A DNA stretch of 19,297 bases from Candidatus Eiseniibacteriota bacterium (GTDB taxonomy: Bacteria > Eisenbacteria > RBG-16-71-46 > CAZEPH01), in the NCBI GenBank assembly GCA_044229145.1, contig JBGATO010000067.1, forward strand, positions 1 through 19,297. Reading direction: 5' to 3'. Made by a program: the position numbers and the translations under genes. This document shows positions 14,006 to 19,297 of this stretch, in pieces. Position 1 is the first letter of the stretch. Each line of letters starts with the position of its first letter. The notes under the pieces are model-generated. The model saw only the letters and a list, made by a program, of their open reading frames with translations. It did not search any database and had not been told where the DNA came from.

Positions 14006-16510
14006 ATGACGACACCTGCCCATCGCCTCTGCGCCCTCGTCGTTTTGCTCGTCCTGCTTCCGCTTGTCGCGCGCGCCGACGTCGCACCGCCCGAGCCGGA
14101 CGCCTGGCGGCCCTCTTTCACGCTGCCGGTATCCGACGGACGCGTCGAAGCGCTGCTGGTGTGGCGCGACCAGCTGGTGGTGGCCGGGTCGTTCACGCAG
14201 ATCGGCGGGGCGTACTCGCCGGGCATCGCGACGTGGGACGGCACGCAGTGGCACGCGCTCGGCGGCGGACTGCGTGGCAATGCCAATGGCGTGCACGTGG
14301 TGGCGCTGGCGGAGTATCACGGCGATCTCATCGCCGGCGGCATCTTCTTCCAGGCGGGCGATTCGTTGGTGTCCTGCATCGCGCGCTGGGACGGCGCCAC
14401 GTGGCATCCGATGGGCGCCGACCTTACCGACGGCGGCGAGATGACGGTGCGCGCGCTCACCGTCTACCACGACGAGTTGATCGCCGGCGGCTACTTCCAT
14501 CACGACTTCGGCACACCGTCGTTCAAGCACATCGCGGCGTGGAACGGCTCGTCGTGGCGCCCGCTCGGCGTGTCGCCCAACAACGAAGTCAGCGCGCTCG
14601 GCGTGTGGAGCGACACATTGGTGGCCGGCGGCTATTGGTCGTCGATCGGCAACGTGGACGCGGTGCGCATCGCCGCGTGGGACGGCACGCGGTGGTCGGC
14701 GATGAGCAGCGGCTTCACCTACGCGGACGGCTTCTATCACGGCGTCACCGACTTGGTGCCGTATCAGGGCGGCATGGTCGCGGTGGGTCGCTTCGACGGC
14801 ACCGGCGACGGCCGCATGCCGCACATCGCGCTGTACAAGAACGGGCGCTGGTCGGCGCTCGGCGATGGCATCGGCACGCCGGAACCCGGCGACCGCTATC
14901 CCACCACCATCGCCTATCGCGGCGTCGTGCTCGACGGCGCGTTGTACGCCAGCGCGCCGCCCAACGGATCGCTGCCGCGGCAAGTGAGCCGCTTCGATGG
15001 CACCAGTTGGCTGTCGTTCTCGAACGACCCGGCGTTTCCGATCAGCGTGCTGGCGGTCTATCACGGCGAGTTGATTGCCGGCGGCGGACGCATCGGCTAC
15101 CGCGGCGACGACGGGCCGCCTCCGGTGCGCGTGCAGGACTGCGTGGCGCGCTGGACCGGCGGACGCTGGGAGCCGCTCGAAGATGGCCGCGGTCTCGACG
15201 CGGCGGTCAACGCGCTCGCGGTGTTTCGCGGCGACGTGATCGCCGGCGGGCCGTTCACCGAAGCCGGCCCGACGCAGTTGCGCGCGATCGGCCGCTGGGA
15301 TGGCGCGCGCTGGTCGCCGCTCGGCGACGGCATCAACGGCGTACCCTTGGCGATGACGGTGCACGGCGATGCGTTGGTGGTCGGCGGTGTGTTCAGCAGC
15401 GCCGGCGGCGTGAGCGCGCTCGGCGTGGCGTCGTGGGACGGCGCACGATGGACGCCGCTCGTGACCACCGGCGACGCGCCGACCGTGCGCGCGGTGGCGT
15501 CGTATGGCGGCGCGGTGATCGCCGCCGGCACGTTCGCGTCGATCGATCGCGTGTTCGCCGAGAATGTCGCGCGCTGGAACGGCGCGTGGTCGCCGCTCGG
15601 GGAAGGCCTGTTCGGCACTGTGCGGGCGCTCGTCGTCTACAACGGCGAACTCATCGCCGGCGGCGATTTCGATCTCGTCGACGGGCAAGCGTCGGGTGGT
15701 GTCGCGGTGTGGCGCGCCGGGCGCTGGCAGCCGTTCGGCCCGCCGGCGTTGCGGGCGGCGGGCGCGGCGCCGCGCGTCACCGCGCTCGGCGTGCATCAGC
15801 GCTGGCTGGTGATGGCGGAGCAGTCCACGGTGCCGGGCCTCGCGCGCGATCCCGAGAGCGAATCGCACATCTGGTGGTATTCGTCCGTCGACGAGCCGTG
15901 GGCAGAGGCCGGCGTGGCGCGCGGCGCGGCCGGCGAGACGGCGGTCAACGCGCTCGCCACGTGGCAGAACGATCTCATCGTGGGCGGCACGTTCTCGTCG
16001 ATCGACGGCGCCGCGGTGTCGGGGCTCGCGCAGGCGCCGGCGCCCCAGACCTGGGCGGCGTTCAATGGTGGTGTCGGCGGCATCGGCAATGAAGTGCGGG
16101 CGCTGCTGGCGCTCGACGACGGGCACCTGTACGCCGGTGGTGCGTTCACGCGAGCCGGCGCGGTGCCGTCGTTCTCGCTCGCGCGGTGGGGCCACGCCGC
16201 CGACATCTTCCCGTTCGCGGACGACGATGCGTCGCCGCTCGGACTCGCGTTGGGGAGCGCGGCGCCCTCGGCCGGCGCGGTGACGCTGCAATATCTCGTG
16301 CACGCCGATGCCGACGTCACGCTCGCCGTCTACGACACGCGCGGGCGGTTCGTCGCGACGTTGGTGTCGCGGCGGCTCGCGGCCGGGCGCTACATCGCGA
16401 CGTGGAACGGCCGCGACCAGCACGACACCGCAGTGCCGAGCGGCGTGTACGTGGCGCAGCTGCGCGCCGGTGGCGCGGCGGTGAGCACGCGAATCGTGCG
16501 GGTGCGGTGA
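14006..16510 (+). CDS. Secreted beta-propeller repeat protein with C-terminal FlgD-Ig / T9SS-CTD-like domain
   Basis: GGAG RBS, signal peptide ending ARA-D (alternative start 13931); about 14 repeats of V.AL......L.AGG.F......IA.WDG..W..LG; C-terminus AVYDTRGRFVATL...TWNGRD...VPSGVYVAQL. Confidence 0.85.
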   Translation: MTTPAHRLCALVVLLVLLPLVARADVAPPEPDAWRPSFTLPVSDGRVEALLVWRDQLVVAGSFTQIGGAYSPGIATWDGTQWHALGGGLRGNANGVHVVALAEYHGDLIAGGIFFQAGDSLVSCIARWDGATWHPMGADLTDGGEMTVRALTVYHDELIAGGYFHHDFGTPSFKHIAAWNGSSWRPLGVSPNNEVSALGVWSDTLVAGGYWSSIGNVDAVRIAAWDGTRWSAMSSGFTYADGFYHGVTDLVPYQGGMVAVGRFDGTGDGRMPHIALYKNGRWSALGDGIGTPEPGDRYPTTIAYRGVVLDGALYASAPPNGSLPRQVSRFDGTSWLSFSNDPAFPISVLAVYHGELIAGGGRIGYRGDDGPPPVRVQDCVARWTGGRWEPLEDGRGLDAAVNALAVFRGDVIAGGPFTEAGPTQLRAIGRWDGARWSPLGDGINGVPLAMTVHGDALVVGGVFSSAGGVSALGVASWDGARWTPLVTTGDAPTVRAVASYGGAVIAAGTFASIDRVFAENVARWNGAWSPLGEGLFGTVRALVVYNGELIAGGDFDLVDGQASGGVAVWRAGRWQPFGPPALRAAGAAPRVTALGVHQRWLVMAEQSTVPGLARDPESESHIWWYSSVDEPWAEAGVARGAAGETAVNALATWQNDLIVGGTFSSIDGAAVSGLAQAPAPQTWAAFNGGVGGIGNEVRALLALDDGHLYAGGAFTRAGAVPSFSLARWGHAADIFPFADDDASPLGLALGSAAPSAGAVTLQYLVHADADVTLAVYDTRGRFVATLVSRRLAAGRYIATWNGRDQHDTAVPSGVYVAQLRAGGAAVSTRIVRVR

Positions 16511-16515
16511 CGCCG

Positions 16516-17274
16516 ATGTGGCTCGCGCTCGCGGTGATCGCCGGCGCGACGACGCTGCTGTGGCTCGTCAGTCTTCCGCTGCGCGACGCCAGCATCGTCG
16601 ACATGTACTGGGGATTCGGCTTCCTACTCGTCGCCGCGGTGGTGGGCGGCGCCACGCACGCGGCGTCGCCACACGCGTTTCTTTCGTGGCTGCTGGTCAG
16701 CATGTGGGGATTGCGCCTCACCGTCCATCTCGTCCGCCGCAACGCGGGGCGCGGCGAGGACTATCGTTACGTCGAGATGCGCGCGAAGGCCGGGCGGATC
16801 TTCTGGCTGACGAGTCTGGTCACGGTGTTCTGGTTGCAAGGCGTCGTGCAGTGGATCGTGGTGTGGCCGGTGGTGTTCACGATCGCGCACGGCGGCGCGT
16901 TGGGCGTGTTCGACGCGGTCGGCGCCGCCGTGTTCGCCGTCGGCTTCTTCTTCGAATCGGTCGGCGATGCGCAACTCGCCGCGTTCCGGCGCGACCCGGC
17001 GAACCGCGGACGCGTGTGCGACATCGGCTTGTGGCGTTACACGCGCCACCCGAACTACTTTGGCGATGCGATGGTGTGGTGGGGACTGTGGCTCATCGCG
17101 TGCGGCTCGCCGGGCGGGTGGAAGACGGTCGTGTCGCCGGTGGTGATGACGTTCCTGTTGGTCCGCGTGTCGGGCGTCGCGCTGCTGGAACGCAAGCTCG
17201 CGGAGACGCGGCCGGAGTTCGCGGAGTATGCGCGAAGGACGAGCGCGTTCGTGCCGTGGTGGCCGCGGAGCTGA
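16516..17274 (+). CDS. DUF1295 family membrane protein (steroid 5-alpha-reductase/ICMT-like)
   Basis: DASIVDMYWG, WGLRL, GEDYRY, ESVGDAQL, GLWRYTRHPNYFGD, RVSGVALLE, YARRTSAFVPW; alternative GTG start at 16507. Confidence 0.92.
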   Translation: MWLALAVIAGATTLLWLVSLPLRDASIVDMYWGFGFLLVAAVVGGATHAASPHAFLSWLLVSMWGLRLTVHLVRRNAGRGEDYRYVEMRAKAGRIFWLTSLVTVFWLQGVVQWIVVWPVVFTIAHGGALGVFDAVGAAVFAVGFFFESVGDAQLAAFRRDPANRGRVCDIGLWRYTRHPNYFGDAMVWWGLWLIACGSPGGWKTVVSPVVMTFLLVRVSGVALLERKLAETRPEFAEYARRTSAFVPWWPRS

Positions 17275-17286
17275 GCGTGTAACGCT

Positions 17287-19173
17287 CTAGAGCCGCTCGA
17301 GTCCCCCTGCGACAAGCGCGTGGCGCGTTGCTTCGGTCACGTCGCTAGGACAGAAAATGACGATCCCGTCACGTCCTCGGGTTAGGAGTACGCGATAGCT
17401 GTTGAGTCGGAGCATGTGGGGATCAACCGCCTTCGAGCGCGTCGATCGCTTACTTTCCCACGTGATGCCGTTCCACCACAGGTCATCCCCCCAGCACACG
17501 ATGGGAAGGTCCAACTCGAGACCTTGGCATTGGAATTCGGTCACGGTGTCGGAAAGTTGCGTGCACGATAGGCGCGAGTCCTTCGCATCGTTGTACCAGG
17601 GTCCCTCTCGCAGCCTCTTCGTGAAGTTGTAGCTGTTCATCACGCCATGTGCCTCGAGGTTCTTCGCCTTCGACGACGCCAGCAATCCGTATCGCGCATC
17701 CATCGCATCCGCGTAGCGCTCGCGGACATAAGCCTTCGCGCGATCAAGCGAGTCCGTCCAGTACATCCGATACCCTTCGTGTTGAGCTCGGATTGACGAC
17801 GTGTGTGCGTTGTCCAGCCGACCATCGAGAAGAGCACGCACCCATTCGTGCACTTCCGTTGCGAGGTGTGAGCGCAGGCTGAGCGTCAAGTCGAGTGCAG
17901 CGCTCCTCTCGATTCGCGCAGCGGCCGGAAACAATGTGTCGAGCCGTGGAGGACAATGAACGGTCCATGCGCAGCCTGAAGATGCAATGGCATCATTCCA
18001 CTGGCCGAGGCCGGCTTCTTCACCGAGATGAATCTCTTGGCCTTCGCCGATCAGTCCAATCACCACCGCCCACTCGGGCATGCTCGCCGCGAGGAGGAGA
18101 AACTCCTCGGGCTCTGAACGAGCGTGGCCTCGTTTATCCTTGGATCGTGCAGCGTCCCACGCACGCTGTGCTTCGTCATAGACCCAGATATGTTCGGTTG
18201 GCCGCCTCCGACTCGTGCCTCCGTACTGCTTGAGGAAACCGTGCACGTCCTGGACAAAGACGGAACTTTGGAGAGCGTGTTGGAGCACTTTGACAAGCGG
18301 TCCATTGCCCGACAACAGCACAGCTTCTTTCTCTACGTCGGATGAGTCGAATTGAGTCGCATACACGAACTGCAGGCCAACCAGCGTCTTCCCCGCGCCG
18401 GGAACGCCGGTGACTAGCGCGAGATGTCGTTCGTGATGATCACGCGCGTTTCGCGTGGCGGTAGCAAGTGTGCTGAGCGCGACAGGAATCCCCGCGCTCT
18501 GTGCCCGGCGAATGCTGGGGAGCGGTTCATGGCGGAAGATTGTGCGCGCCGCAGCGACAAGCGTCGGAAGCGGTGCGTAGTCCGCGGCGAGCCAGCCGGC
18601 GAGATCCGGCCCGGCAGCATCTGAAAGATCGAGCACATCACAGAGCAGATCGCCCAGATCCGATGAGCGCACAACGTGGGAGTGCCGGTCCTGAGGAAGT
18701 TCAGGATCAACGTAATCGCCGACCACAAGAGTCGGGATTGTCCGGAGGTTGTGTGAAGCCTGATGATAGGCGTGCAGATCACGCGCGTACGCTTCGACCT
18801 GATCGAGGTGCTCCGGCAGGACACGAGTCGTGCCTTTGAATTCGAGGATGATAAGCCGGTCAGGGGTGAGCAAGAGCACGTCGGGCCGGCGACCGCGCTC
18901 TCGTGGCAGTTCGTATTCGAAGATCACGCCCCACCGTGCTGCGTGCGGGGTTGTCGCAATCAGTATCGTGAGTGCTTGTCGAAGGGATCCCACGCTTTGG
19001 CGCCAGGCGGTCACCTGCGATTGCGCTGGCGGCTGGAGCATCCGAGACTCGAACTGCCGGACGAGCGCGCTCAGAACAGTACGGTCATCCACTTCGACAA
19101 ATTGGGCAACTGACCCTGCCCATCCCCATTCGTTCGAAGCAGTCATCTCACGTGTGAGTTCGGAATCCGCCAT
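17287..19173 (-). CDS. DUF2075 family DNA/RNA helicase-domain protein with N-terminal PD-(D/E)xK/NERD-like nuclease
   Basis: EYELPRERGRRPDVLLL...LIILEFK...QVEAY; Walker A GVPGAGKT; LLSGNGPLV; YDEAQRAW; GEGQEIHLGE; EFQCQGLELD; NSYRVLLTRGRDG; visibly lower GC than the flanking genes. Confidence 0.88.
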   Translation of the reverse strand: MADSELTREMTASNEWGWAGSVAQFVEVDDRTVLSALVRQFESRMLQPPAQSQVTAWRQSVGSLRQALTILIATTPHAARWGVIFEYELPRERGRRPDVLLLTPDRLIILEFKGTTRVLPEHLDQVEAYARDLHAYHQASHNLRTIPTLVVGDYVDPELPQDRHSHVVRSSDLGDLLCDVLDLSDAAGPDLAGWLAADYAPLPTLVAAARTIFRHEPLPSIRRAQSAGIPVALSTLATATRNARDHHERHLALVTGVPGAGKTLVGLQFVYATQFDSSDVEKEAVLLSGNGPLVKVLQHALQSSVFVQDVHGFLKQYGGTSRRRPTEHIWVYDEAQRAWDAARSKDKRGHARSEPEEFLLLAASMPEWAVVIGLIGEGQEIHLGEEAGLGQWNDAIASSGCAWTVHCPPRLDTLFPAAARIERSAALDLTLSLRSHLATEVHEWVRALLDGRLDNAHTSSIRAQHEGYRMYWTDSLDRAKAYVRERYADAMDARYGLLASSKAKNLEAHGVMNSYNFTKRLREGPWYNDAKDSRLSCTQLSDTVTEFQCQGLELDLPIVCWGDDLWWNGITWESKRSTRSKAVDPHMLRLNSYRVLLTRGRDGIVIFCPSDVTEATRHALVAGGLERL

Positions 19174-19297
19174 TCGTCAGGACACTCCCGTACTGCGAAA
19201 TTCGCGAAGATCCAGGATGCAGCCAGGCGCTCACGTTACCTGATGCAAGGTCGTCGCGAAACCGAGAGCAGACTCCTCGAAGGCTTGTTGCCGCCCG

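Noticed and set aside
19174..19297. 3' end of an upstream gene
   Set aside because: Too short; several frames are partly open and none has a recognisable motif.

Overview
High-GC bacterial chromosome segment. The lipoproteins, beta-barrel-like protein and FlgD-Ig/T9SS-like C-terminal domain point to a diderm, possibly an FCB-associated candidate phylum (inference). Left 11.5 kb (minus strand): holB-metG-tatD-rsmA runs by overlapping stop/start codons into a 698-aa signal-peptide beta-barrel-like protein and a lipoprotein. Four more paralogous lipoproteins follow; the five carry seven copies of one ~140-170-aa domain ending in a W-x-[IVL]-[VLT]-[RQ]-W-like strand, NTF2-like by pattern. Two end in a conserved Pro/Ala-linker + [TS]W[GA][AG]IKxxYxR tail, a candidate C-terminal sorting signal. 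One of these tails lies in an exact 140-bp tandem duplication. Right part (plus strand): osmC, an AAA_14/DUF4143 ATPase with an apparently leaderless, palindrome-overlapped promoter, a small HExxH protein, a large beta-propeller protein with FlgD-Ig C-terminal domain, and a DUF1295 membrane protein. It ends with a convergent lower-GC DUF2075 nuclease-helicase gene. No rRNA, tRNA, CRISPR or transposase was recognised. All family calls are from motif recognition, not database searches.
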